Positions 1 to 11,400 of a stretch of DNA of 64,000 nt are shown here, one piece after another. The notes under the pieces were generated by a model. The model was given only the letters and a program-made list of their open reading frames with translations. It searched no databases and was not told where the DNA came from. Origin of the DNA: Phyllobates terribilis (lineage: Eukaryota); contig NW_027362763.1 of the NCBI RefSeq assembly GCF_046119375.1, positions 141,856,001-141,920,000 of the forward strand, written 5' to 3'. The position numbers and the translations under genes are program-made. Within the stretch, counting starts at the first letter, position 1, and each line of letters starts with the position of its first letter.

Positions 1-1372
1 AAAAACTAATAAATTGTAAATATGTAATACACAATGTAATATCGATTACATATATATATATTGTGTATACTATGTAATAAACTATGTAAGTGGCAAAAAC
101 AGTTTTCAACAAAAACATACTAAATAACATTTGTGCAGTCTATGAATTTTTTCTAAGAAATAGAATTGCCTCCATCAGATCCTCCTTCATAGATGACCTC
201 ATATCTGACCTAATAATTTTAAGGCTGGAGAACAACCTCTCTACACTAACTGGGGTGGCGGCAAAGCCGTAACCACATGGGCAACATCTCTAACAATTTC
301 CGGGTATAAAGGAATTGCCTCATGCACAGTCATTTTTGATGAACGGTTGAATTTTTCTATTTCTTTGAGAGCAAGTGAAACATTTTGCTGAAATATGGTC
401 AATCTGCTTGCTATAGGAGGCGGAGTGAAATCTTTTTCCTTGTGGCAACGCTTTGCCTGCTCCATGTCGTCCAAATACTTGTTTATTGAAAGTTTAAATA
501 TGCTTTAAGAAGTAATTACCTTATTCTTGTTATCCTGTTCACTCTAGCAATTCTTCTGAGATGAGTGCAGGCCTTCCTTCTTTCTGAGTGTTTACTCTTT
601 ACCCTTGGCTGTAGAGGAGGAGCTTCACTGGTGCTGGAGTGCAGCACTGACTTAGCTAAGACAAAGCCTAGATCTTCAGGCTACATTCACACCATGGGCG
701 TAACCAGGATCAAAACTAGGGGGGGCAGAACCTCATACTGTTCTGCAGAACCTCATACTGCACACCTCAGCTGCTGCAGAACCTCATACTGCACACCCCT
801 ACACTTGAAAATAAAGCCTGCACCTTAACAAGATTTGGTGAATGTAGTCTATTTATTCCAACTATCAATTGATGTTGATGTGTTACTGAAGACGAGCAAT
901 GCCTGTCCTGGGCGTCCTTTTGGGCAGCTATGAGGTATACCTGACTGGTGCTAAAAAAAAGGACTGTTAGTCTGTGTGCTACCTGGCTCAAAAACGGATC
1001 CTCACAAAGAATGAGCATGTCAGTTTGTGCGGCATTTTTCTAATTTGCTTTTGCTATTGAAAACATTATCTATAAGCTCAAAAACCTTTCAGGTGATGCG
1101 GTTTTTTAAAAAGCTAATCTGCTTTTGCAGCTGAAAAACGTATCATCAAAAAACGCAGCAAAAACGCTGTGTGTGAATGTAGCCTTAGATCAGGAATAGA
1201 ACAGCCATTTATAGGACATTTCTTTCCCAAATTCCTATGAAAAAATATTCAGCACATTCTGCATTGAACTACTGTACCCAATTTATTATATATTTTAGGA
1301 GTCCGAGTCGGTCCATTTTATACCGACTCCAACTTCACCAAAATGAGCACCAACTCCGACTCCACAGCCCTG
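1..1372 (-). mobile_element. Internally deleted hAT DNA transposon with a frameshifted transposase C-terminus (about 140-480)
   Basis: The minus strand reads ...VVTALPP(fs)VSVERLFSSLKIIRSDMRSSMKEDLMEAILFLRKNS* (hAT dimerisation-type ERxFS motif). The terminus GACTCCACAGCCCTG at 1372 is shared with the MITEs at 15220 and 59539. Confidence 0.8.
679..1184. mobile_element. MITE with 14-bp TIR GGCTACATTCACAC, nested in the hAT element
   Basis: Perfect TIRs at 679-692 and 1171-1184 with TTCA/TTAG flanks; interrupts sequence that is contiguous in the 59539 MITE. Confidence 0.7.
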
Positions 1373-1592
1373 GCGGTGACGCTGAGACAATTTGCCACAA
1401 ACTACGGACGTCGCTTGTCTCTCGGCAGCGGGTTCTCCCGCGGTCAGAAAGACTCGCTAAGTGGATCCTGAGCCAGGAGGGAGAGGAGGAGAGAGAGTCC
1501 CATCCGCCACTGATGACACCGGCCCTAGCAGGTGAGAGGACATGCAACAATATCCCGTCAGCAGTGAACATGTGCAATTCCCCCCCTAGTTA

Positions 1593-1967
1593 GGGTATGT
1601 GCCCACGTAGAGTTTTACAAGCGTATATGCTGCGGAATTTCCGCAGCGTAAATGCTTGTGAAATGCTTGGTAATCCGTCCCCCATGGTCCCCAATGAGAA
1701 TCCACAATTTCAATGCCCATGCTGCAGATTTTTCCGCAGCGCTTTTGATGCGCTCAAAAATCCGCAGCATGTCCATTAATTTTGCGTTTACGCATGCGGA
1801 ATTGCCTTGTCAATGCAATAAAAAACGCAAGGCAATTCCGCATGTCCCAAACGCATCATAAACGCGTGAAAAACGCTTGTCAAATTACGCAAGCGTTTTT
1901 CCGGGGAAGGACATGCAGAAATGAAGCAGAAATTTTCTGCTTCATTTCTGCAACGTGGGCACATAGC
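1593..1967. mobile_element. Palindromic MITE (TIR GGGTATGTGCCCACGT-like)
   Basis: Terminal inverted repeats plus an internal 14-bp inverted repeat TGCGGAATTGCCTT/AAGGCAATTCCGCA. Confidence 0.65.
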
Positions 1968-1984
1968 CTTACTCTGACTGGCCA

Positions 1985-3760
1985 TGTTGGTCATGTACAG
2001 GAGTCTATATCCAATAGACGGTAAGATTTACAAAAGGTGGCAGAACGCACTACAGTGCGGTGGAGGACAGAGAAATCGAGTTAGGGGGCAACATTCCTCC
2101 AATACCCAGAGATGTACAGGCGCAATCGCAAGCAGTAAGGACACTATGAGCTAAAACAGACTGAATGATATCAGTCTGGTCGGAGAGCCTGAAAGGATCG
2201 AAAGAGGTCACCTCTTGGCTGATTCACCTGTTTTGGAAAGAAGTTCTTACCCCATTATTCCCTGTAGACCGAGCACATAGCGTCACTATGAGGCCTTAAC
2301 CAGTGGGACAACCCGCAAGACATTTTGAGAAAGGTGAAGAATGCCAAAATATCATGCTAAATGGGCAACGTATATTCTTCCCAGATTACTCAGAGAAGTC
2401 CAACGTAAGCAGTCCCTATTTCTGGACATAAAAGGCTGGGAGCAAGTGGTGTTCAGTACTCAATTATTTATCTTGCCTAACTCAGAGTGGTGGCACTGGT
2501 GTCCCCTTCATTCTTCGAGACCCCCAAGGCACTTAGGTGGTTGGATTGGTATGACCAGCAACTTTGACAAGCGGTGGCAACTCCCATGTGAGTCACCCAT
2601 CAAGCCAATTCTTGCCTTTGTGGCGCAATGTTTCTCGTAGCCTTTATCTCTTCACTGTATTATACTTGTTTGGGGATGATGGGGAGAGGAGGAGTATAAC
2701 GGATACACCAGAATTCATTGACACTGTTATTTTGTGGTGGGCCTCTTTGTCACATGAACATTCTCAGAGGGGCTTATCTGGTAATACCCACGGGGCCCAA
2801 GAGGTAAGGAGGCCACTTATACCTTCAAAGCAGCAAACCATAATCCTTTCTTGCACAGGGGCCCTCTTATATCCGAGTCTACCCCTTGAAGATACCTTTC
2901 ATTGTCCCAGCTGGTCCACAGAAAGACTTTGGTCAGGGCCCCTTTGCGTATAATGAAAAGTTTATTGATGTTCTTCTGTTGGGTTACAAAGTTGTGGGTG
3001 GTGTTGAGGGCGAGGGAGAGTTATGCAACTCATTTTGGGGAGTGATGTTCATTGGTGGAGGGGGCCTCTAAGTGATCAATTTATGATAAACTAGAAGCTA
3101 AGGGGACTCTGGTGAAGTTTTTGTCTGGGAGTTGGGGAGATCACCAAATGGCATGCTATTTTTGAGTACCTTAAAAAATAAATTCCACGGGTGATAAGTC
3201 TCCAGAAGCCACACTTAACCCAGGAATCACTTTATCTAGTTCAAGAGACGTGGCTTTCCACTCATATTATTTCGGCTACTCTAGAGGGGCGAGTCTCTTT
3301 ATCCATAGACATATTCCTTTCCATTTGACTTTCAGGGATTGTGAGTGTTGTTGTGTTGGGGTGCGTTGTACACTAGCGCACTTTGCGTCTATAATTGTGA
3401 TCTATGTGCCTTCTCCTTATTCTTATTTCAAAATACTAGGTTCCGAAAAATCATGCTGGATTGCCGACGGTTAATACTTTATGGGTAGTTTTAATAATGT
3501 CATTGATAAACAGGTGGATAAAATTCCAGATTAAAGTGTGGACTGATGGGGGAGGTTTATACGCCATTTAGCCGTTTGATACATGAGAGAGGTTTTGTAG
3601 ATGTCTGGAGAAAACAAGCTCCCGAAACGCGATGTTAGTTGTGCACCTCAGCCACTTTTCTGTCCCTGTCAGGAATAGATATGATGCCTTGTTCTAAACC
3701 CCTAATCTAACTTATTACTAAAATGGAATATCTTCCTAGGTCACTTATTTTACACTTCAT
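1985..3760 (+). mobile_element. Degraded L1/Tx1-clade LINE: ORF1 remnant, spacer and ORF2 endonuclease remnant
   Basis: Broken frames resemble the ORF1 DRAH and FFPDYS motifs and the APE endonuclease (...YSRGASLFIHRHIPF..., DVWRKQAPETR); many stops and frameshifts; boundaries approximate. Confidence 0.7.
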
Positions 3761-4199
3761 ATAGCTTCTTTAAGTTTACATTCCCCTTAGGCTGAAAATT
3801 GAATCCAGTTTGGATTAAATTGATTACAGAAAATCAAATTAGAGGGAAACCAGTAGAGCACTTTAGAGTTTTTGTTATGTAATCTGAGAGCAGCATAATA
3901 AAGAGGCTGAGACCTTGAATCCAGCAATGTGTCACTCACTAGGCTGTGTGTTGCTGTTTCAATACAATCAGTGATTTATCAGCAGGAGATTATTACTACA
4001 GGACTAGGTGTCTTGTGCCTCCTGGTCAACTGCTCGGTGTAACCCTGCCCCCATCACTGATTAGAAGCTTTTTACGTATGCAGTGTTCACAGAAAGAAGC
4101 CAATCATTGGTGTGGGCGGGGTTATACAGGGCTCTGCTAGATCCGCAGCAGAGAAAACTGTGATTTTATCAAAATTACAGCATGCAGACCAGCAAGTGA

Positions 4200-4830
4200 A
4201 CATCACTGGAATCACAGTCTCTGACCCGACATCACACTGCTCTCAGATTACATGGTAATGCTGAAAGTATTCATACTCCGTGAAGTTTGTACTGGAAAAC
4301 GGGGGAAAAAATTCCAAGTGCAGTGAAATTGCAAAAAAAAGTGCAATTCCACAATTGGTTTTTTTTACCATGTTCACTAAATGCTAAAACTGATCTGCCA
4401 TTATGATTCTCCAGGTCATTACGAGTTCTTAGATACCAAACATGTATAAGTTCTTTTTATTTAAGTGGTGAAAAAAAAATCAAAGTTTAAAAAAAAAAAT
4501 AAATAAATAAAAAAAAAAAAAAAAAAATGGCGCCATGTTTCGAGACCCGTAGTGTCTCTATACTTCGGGATCTAGGGCCGGGTGAGGGCTTATTTCTTGC
4601 GCGCTGATCTGATGTTTTTATTGATACCATTTTAATATGATACCAGTAGATACAATGTTTTGATCGCCCGTTATTGCATTTCATTGGGCGATTCCAAATA
4701 TGTGTATTTTTTTGTTGTTGTTTTATTCTGATTTGGGCAAAATGGGGGTGATTTGAACTTTTATATATTTTTTTTAAAAAAAATTTTTAATTGCTTCAAT
4801 AGCGATTCCACCCAGGGCTGTTAGAGGCGC
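4200..4830. mobile_element. Fragment of the large non-autonomous repeat family also present at 47210-56347
   Basis: Shared blocks such as ACTGGAAAACGG...CCAAGTGCAGTGAAATTGCAAAAAAA and ATGATTCTCCAGGTCA. Confidence 0.65.
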
Positions 4831-5089
4831 TGATCAGCTGATCAGATCAGCTGTCATATGCTTGAAAAGATGCGGGCTGTGATTTTCATGGACCCATTGA
4901 CTTTGTCCATTTTTTATTTGTACTATTGACCGTCGCCAAAAAAAATACAGACATGTAAACAGTTTCATAGATTATAATGGCCACATGTCGTATCCATGAA
5001 AAACACTGATGTGAAAAACGGACAGGTCTGCATGAGGCCTGAGCTATAGATATATATTACACAGAACCTTCAGGCATTAAGGTGTCGGA

Positions 5090-5095
5090 TTTATT
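5090..5095 (-). terminator. Candidate IAH1 polyadenylation signal AATAAA
   Basis: Minus-strand AATAAA about 220 nt past the stop codon. Confidence 0.45.
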
Positions 5096-5316
5096 GTTTT
5101 CTTTCTCTAAGCCTCCGCCTGTCAGTCACTATGGATTGTCCCTCCGCTCCTTGCAGGGTAATGGGATCAGATACAGGAGCAGCAATGTAACCTAAGAGAT
5201 CTGGAGAAGAAAGGTGCAAAGTCATATGGGGGGATCCTGTCGACACTTATGTTGGGCAACCCCATATTCCTGATTTTAGGGTATAACCTAGAGCAGTGGA
5301 TCATTATTCTTTCTTT

Positions 5317-5496
5317 TCAGCACAGCTTTGGAAAAAGCGAGGATTCTGGATTACTGTTGTCTACGTCGTTCCAATAAGGGAATATAAAAGGAAGGGCCCC
5401 CAGCTTCTTCTCCAAGAGGGGCCATAATTTGGACTCCAGGAACTGGTTGCCTTCATCTGATAAATGGAGCCCATCAGACAGGTACAGCGTGTAATC
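5317..5496 (-). CDS. IAH1: IAH1 last coding exon ([13 protein letters not shown]...FPKLC*)
   Basis: CAG acceptor, DGLH catalytic motif, TGA at 5317-5319. Confidence 0.95.
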   Translation of the reverse strand, partial: DYTLYLSDGLHLSDEGNQFLESKLWPLLEKKLGALPFIFPYWNDVDNSNPESSLFPKLC

Positions 5497-8400
5497 CTGA
5501 AATCAACACAACAGAATAAACAGGCTACAAGTGACAGATATGTACGAGGATTTCACGTCGGCTACCCCAGAAATCAAAGTCCATATAAACCCCTTCTTAT
5601 AGTTGTATAATGAGAAAACCTTCCGTTCTGCTGCCAGATGATAAGAATGTCCTGTTGGGTTTCACAAATCTTCAGATTCCCATTTAATTAACATTTATTT
5701 TATATAAAACTCAACATTAGAGTTGAGGAAAACGATTCGCAGGAGCCTGATACAGCGGCCACATGAATTCACCCTAATGCGTTACTGTTTTTCAGCCACT
5801 AGATGGTGGTATAATCTTTGAATTCTCATTAACCCTTTTCCAACAAGCACTGTATATGTATGGCATCTGCCTCATGTAGGTGTATGTGTCTGACTGCGCT
5901 CGCTTCATACAGGACGGGTGCCGCCTGTGTTATACAGCCAGCATGTGCCTTTTAGTTGTAGGCTTGTTGCCCAAAAGTGGCATGGAAGGCAGAGTAGTTA
6001 CCCATCAGGGGGAGGTTACCTCGTCGTGGTTAATGGGCACACATGAATTGGTCAATTTATGCGCTAAAAACCTTCGTTTTTTGTAAGTACTTGTTGCTGA
6101 GCAAAACAGTATAGATCTAATATTTTCATTGTTAAGAGGCATCTTGGCCATATGGAGTGCTGCTGCATTCTTTTGATATATATCTATATCTATATATACA
6201 GTACAGACCAAAAGTTTGGACACACCTTCTCATTTAAAGATTTTTCTGTATTTTCATGACTATGAAAATTGTACATTCACACTGAAGGCATCAAAACTAT
6301 GAATTAACACATGTGGAATTATATACTTAACAAAAAAGTGTGAAACAACTGAAAATATGTCTTATATTCTAGGTTCTTCAAAGTAGCCACCTTTTGCTTT
6401 GATGACTGCTTTGCACACTCTTGGCATTCTCTTGATGAGCTTCAAGAGGTAGTCACCGGAAATGGTCTTCCAACAATCTTGAAGGAGTTCCCAGCGATGC
6501 TTAGCACTTGTTGGCCCTTTTGCCTTCACTCTGCGGTCCAGCTCACCCCAAACCATCTCGATTGGGTTCAGGTCTGGTGACTGTGGAGGCCAGGTCATCT
6601 GGCGTAGCACCCCATCACTCTCCTTCTTGGTCAAATAGCCCTTACACAGCCTGGAGGTGTGTTTGGGGTCATTATCCTGTTGAAAAATAAATGATGGTCC
6701 AACTAAACGCAAACCGGATGGAATAGCATGCCGCTGCAAGATGCTGTGGTAGCCATGCTGGTTCAGTATTCCTTCAATTTTGAATAAATCCCCAACAGTG
6801 TCACCAGCAAAGCACCCCCACACCATCACACCTCCTCCTCCAGGCATGTAGAGTCCATCCGTTCACCTTTTCTGCGTCGCACAAAGACATGGGGGTTGGA
6901 ACCAAAGATCTCAAATTTGGACTCATCAGACCAAAGCACAGATTTCCACTGGTCTAATGTCCATTCCTTGTGTTCTTTAGCCCAAACAAGTCTCTTCTGC
7001 TTGTTGCCTGTCCTTAGCAGTGGTTTCCTAGCAGCTATTTTACCATGAAGGCCTGCTGCACAAAGTCTCCTCTTAACAGTTGTTGTAGAGATGTGTCTGC
7101 TGCTAGAACTCTGTGTGGCATTGACCTGGTCTCTAATCTGAGCTGCTGTTAACCTACAATTTCTGAGGCTGGTGACTCGGATAAACTTATCCTCAGAAGC
7201 AGAGGTGACTCTTGGTCTTCCTTTCCAGGGGCGGTCCTCATGTGAGCCAGTTTCTTTGTAGCGCTTGATGGTTTTTGCAACTGCACTTGGGGACACTTTC
7301 AAAGTTTTCCCAATTTTTCGCACTGACTGACCTTCATTTCTTAAAGTAATCATGGCCACTCGTTTTTTTTTTACGTAGCTGCTTTTTTCTTGCCATAATA
7401 CAAGAAAATTCTATAATTCTAACAGTCTATTCAGTAGGACTATCAGCTGTGTATCCACCTGACTTCAGCAAAACACAACTGATGGTCCCAACCCCATTTA
7501 TAAGGCAAGAAATCCCACTTATTAAACCTGACAGGGCACACCTGTGAAGTGAAAACCATTTCCGGTGACTACCTCTTGAAGCACATCAAGAGAATGCCAA
7601 GAGTGTGCAAAGCAGTCATCAAAGCAAAAGGTGGCTACTTTGAAGATCCTAGAATATAAGACATATTTTCAGTTGTTTCACACTCTTTTGTTAAGTATAT
7701 AATTCCACATGTGTTAATTCATAGTTTTGATGCCTTCAGTGTGAATGTACAATTTTCATAGTCAGAAAAATCTTTAAATGAGGTGTGTCCAAACTTTTGG
7801 TCTGTACTGTATGTATATGTATGTATATATATATATCGTATTTTTCGGACCATAAGACGCACTTTTTTCCCTCCAAATTTGGGAGCAAAATGGGGGGTGC
7901 GTCTTTTGGTCCGAACGCAGAGCTTACCTGATAGTTGCGGTGGTGGTGCAGCGGGATCACAGGGCCCTCCGTTCCCTCCCTCCTTCAGGAACCCAGCGGC
8001 GGCAGAAGAGGTGACATGCTGCGGGCTGGTGTCTGGCTGGGGGCCAGTGAGCGGCGTGGCAGAGCGGCGTGCGCGGCCATCTTCCTGAAGCTGTGATCTA
8101 CAGGAAAATGGCGGCAAATGCGCAGACTGGTAGCTCGGGTGGCCACTTTACTGTAGATCACAGCTTCAGGAAGATGGCCGCGCACGCCGCTCTGCCGCGC
8201 CACTCACCGGCCCCCAGCCAGACACTGGGCCTCAGCCATCTCACCTCCTTTGCTGCAGCCGCCAGGTTCCTGAGGGTGGGAACGGAGGGCCCTGTCATCC
8301 TGCTCCACCACCACCGCAACTCCTTGCTGTTGGAACACCGGCTTCCTGAAGGACCCTGCCTCCTGTGACCCTCGCTCCACCGCCCCCCAGGTAAGATACC

Positions 8401-11400
8401 TATTCAGACTATAAGACGGACCCCCATCTTATAAAAAATATATTTTTTCCCATATTCCACCCCAAAATTTGGAGTGTGTCTTATGGTCCGGTGCGTCTTA
8501 TAGTCCGAAAAATACTGTATATGTGTGTGTATATTATAGTACTGTAGTGTGTGTATATATAATCTTATTATATATGTATAGTATTACAATATATATTTTT
8601 TTAATTTATTTAATATTTATTTATTTATAAATATAATGTTATAACATTATAATATAATATTTATAAATATAATATTTATTTTCTATATATTTATAATTAT
8701 TAATTATAATATTGTCACATGCGATATTAATAAGGTCCCGATTCCTCTTACCGAGCCCCCATCCTGCATCAGTGTCCACAAATCCACAACATCTGCCCCG
8801 TATTCATTGCCAACTTGAGCACAGGCCTTGGCATAGGCCCCGGTCACAGAGTTCAGACGATTTAGCTTGGAACCTTTAAAATTAATGAATGGACAGAGAT
8901 ATCAGCGAGGGTAAATCTATGTAACCTGTACGCATCTGGTATTAGGGTTAGGGTGAGACCAACGTTCTTCTATAGGGCTGCTCAGATGACAGTTTTTGCA
9001 CACAAACCGAAAAATGTCAGCTATTCTGCGCTAAAATGCGCCATTCTCTTTGGTAGTTTGGATCAGATGCGCCCATTCAAATCTACGGGTGCACAAAAAA
9101 ATTGGATCCCTAAGGATCATCCATGTAGAATGATTTTTACGGCTACGTTTCCATTAATTACATTGAGGTTGTAAATTTTAATCACAGCTGATGTATAAGA
9201 ACAAACCCATGAAAAATCATCCATTTTTTTTTTCTGGATGAAAATTGGTGGATTTTTTTTATATGCACATGTGAACTCAGCCATAACTTTGCAACTGTCC
9301 CAAAAGTTTGGAACCTCTGCGATACATACACGGCTGCTTGCATCTTTTCCTATGTGACTAACGGAGCCGGGGAAGCAGCATGGCAGCAATCAGGCTGCCA
9401 TGTAAATTAGATGGAGAGCCTACTTTAAGAAGCGTGAAGGAGGATTGATGGCGCTCAGCGGTCTCATCTTGACGCTAGTACCTTTCGCGAAGCACTGCTT
9501 CTCCCAAGACGGTTCATGAATAGGTGGCGGCGTAATCAAAACGATCTTCTCCTGCTTGATACTGACGCTCATCAAATACTGGATCATGCTTCTCAGATTC
9601 TCGGTGTATTCTTCTAGAGGGACATGCTGCTGAGGGTTTTCTTCTAAGTAAATGGAAGTAAAAGAAAAGAAAATGAAAAGTAATTGTGTATTATTGCCGG
9701 CATGGCGCTGAGCGGTGGAGCGATGTTCCCAGCAAGGGGCGTCCTCATTACTTGTGAAGGACGTTTTGCAGGCAGAGTCTGGAGAGATGAATAACAGAGA
9801 GTAGAGGAGAATGGAGCAGAACAGAAGAGACATTTTTGGGGATTATCAGTAAAGTCGGACAAAATTGGACGCATAATGTGAAAACATTGGACAATGGTGG
9901 AGGTTGACCATTCCCGCACTAATCATTTTTGGATATTTGAGTAACTCTCCTTGAAGCAAATAGGGAGAACCAGACACATGGGTATTTAATTTGCTACCTA
10001 AGTTACCGGCCACTGCTGCAGCCTATGAGAGGTGGCCCGTCTTCTAAGCAAGGAGCTTGCGCTTGCTGATGGATCTGGCCAGGTTCCGTTTCTCTGCGCT
10101 CTTCCAATGCTGCCATTGGTTGCAGAATCAGCAATCACACATTTTGGGTCAGCAGTATGACCCTGCCACTGGTCTGAACTGTCAATCATCAGGAGCACGG
10201 CGCGCCCCGGCAGGCAGGAAGTAGAGGCTGGGGAGCAGCGTGCTCCTGATGAGAGATGAGGAGATCAACACTTCAAAATAATTCTATAGGTTATTACGGT
10301 CATATAGACACCTACCTAAGTTCAGGATTTTGGGGCTTTTTTATGTAATGATTGGGGAAAAAGTTATTTTATACTTTTTGCGTTTTTTTTTTTATACTAT
10401 TATTATATTTCATCTTTGATCACGGATTATGTAGAATCCGTAAATACATCGCATCAGGTATTACCATATTTTGTGCTCTAGATTATAATTAGTGTCATTG
10501 TGAGACAGGGTGGTATTAGATTAACAGTTAAGGTTTATCCACGCGTAGCGTTATTACTGCATTTTTTCATTCAGAACAAACGCAGAGTTTTACAGTAGCA
10601 GCAAAATCACCCGAATGCTTAAAATAATCGCATAAAAAAAAATGAAAAACGCATGCAATGTACGCAGAATTTTTCCTGCTAACACTCAGTTTTTCATGCG
10701 GAATAAAAAGCTAAAAAAAGCAGTATGTTTGTATACCCTTATACAGACAGTCCCCAGTTGGTGAGGGTATATAGATGCCCCAGTCCCTAATCGAGTTATT
10801 GGGAAACCCGGTGACCTGAAGAAACGCCAGAGACCCCCTTTGATCATGCTGTGGTCACTCTTGAGCAAAGAATTAAATGGCTGGGATAAGAGATTTCCCC
10901 GATCTTGGCCATTAGAACAGGGGTTCAGCAATCAGTAGACACCGCTGGGGCACCGATGCAGTATCTTTAAAAAAAAAAATAAAAATGGGGGTTTCACTAG
11001 CAGAAACTAAATAGTCGATACCAGCATTGCAAAACAATTGTTGTTTTGCTGTATGGTAGTCGGCCACATGGCACAGTACGACAGCCCGTGATCCCAGCCT
11101 GCGCCCTATATAAGAAGCCATATACAATGATGTCACATAAAGTGAACTTACCTTTTACAGAACCGTCATTGGCGCCGAAGAAAATGGTAACGGCTGCAAT
11201 GTTCTCAGCATGGGAACTATTAGGGATGAGTTTGGGCAGGATGTGTTTAGCCCACCTGGTGTTGTAGCCCGACAGACCACGGTTGAGGACATCACACTTT
11301 CTGCAAAAAGAGAGAAACCGCATTATATACCCGTCCAGCATATGGATGAGGTCACAAATTGTCGCATTTATTGAGCTTTTTCCATCAATTGCGCCGGTTT

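Noticed and set aside
3605-3640. GAAACGCG motif resembling a hammerhead
   Set aside because: No CTGANGA core or stem II; it reads as L1 endonuclease coding sequence (DVWRKQAPETR).
1-5000. Expected neighbour ADAM17
   Set aside because: No ADAM17-like exon was recognised; the region consists of transposon remnants.
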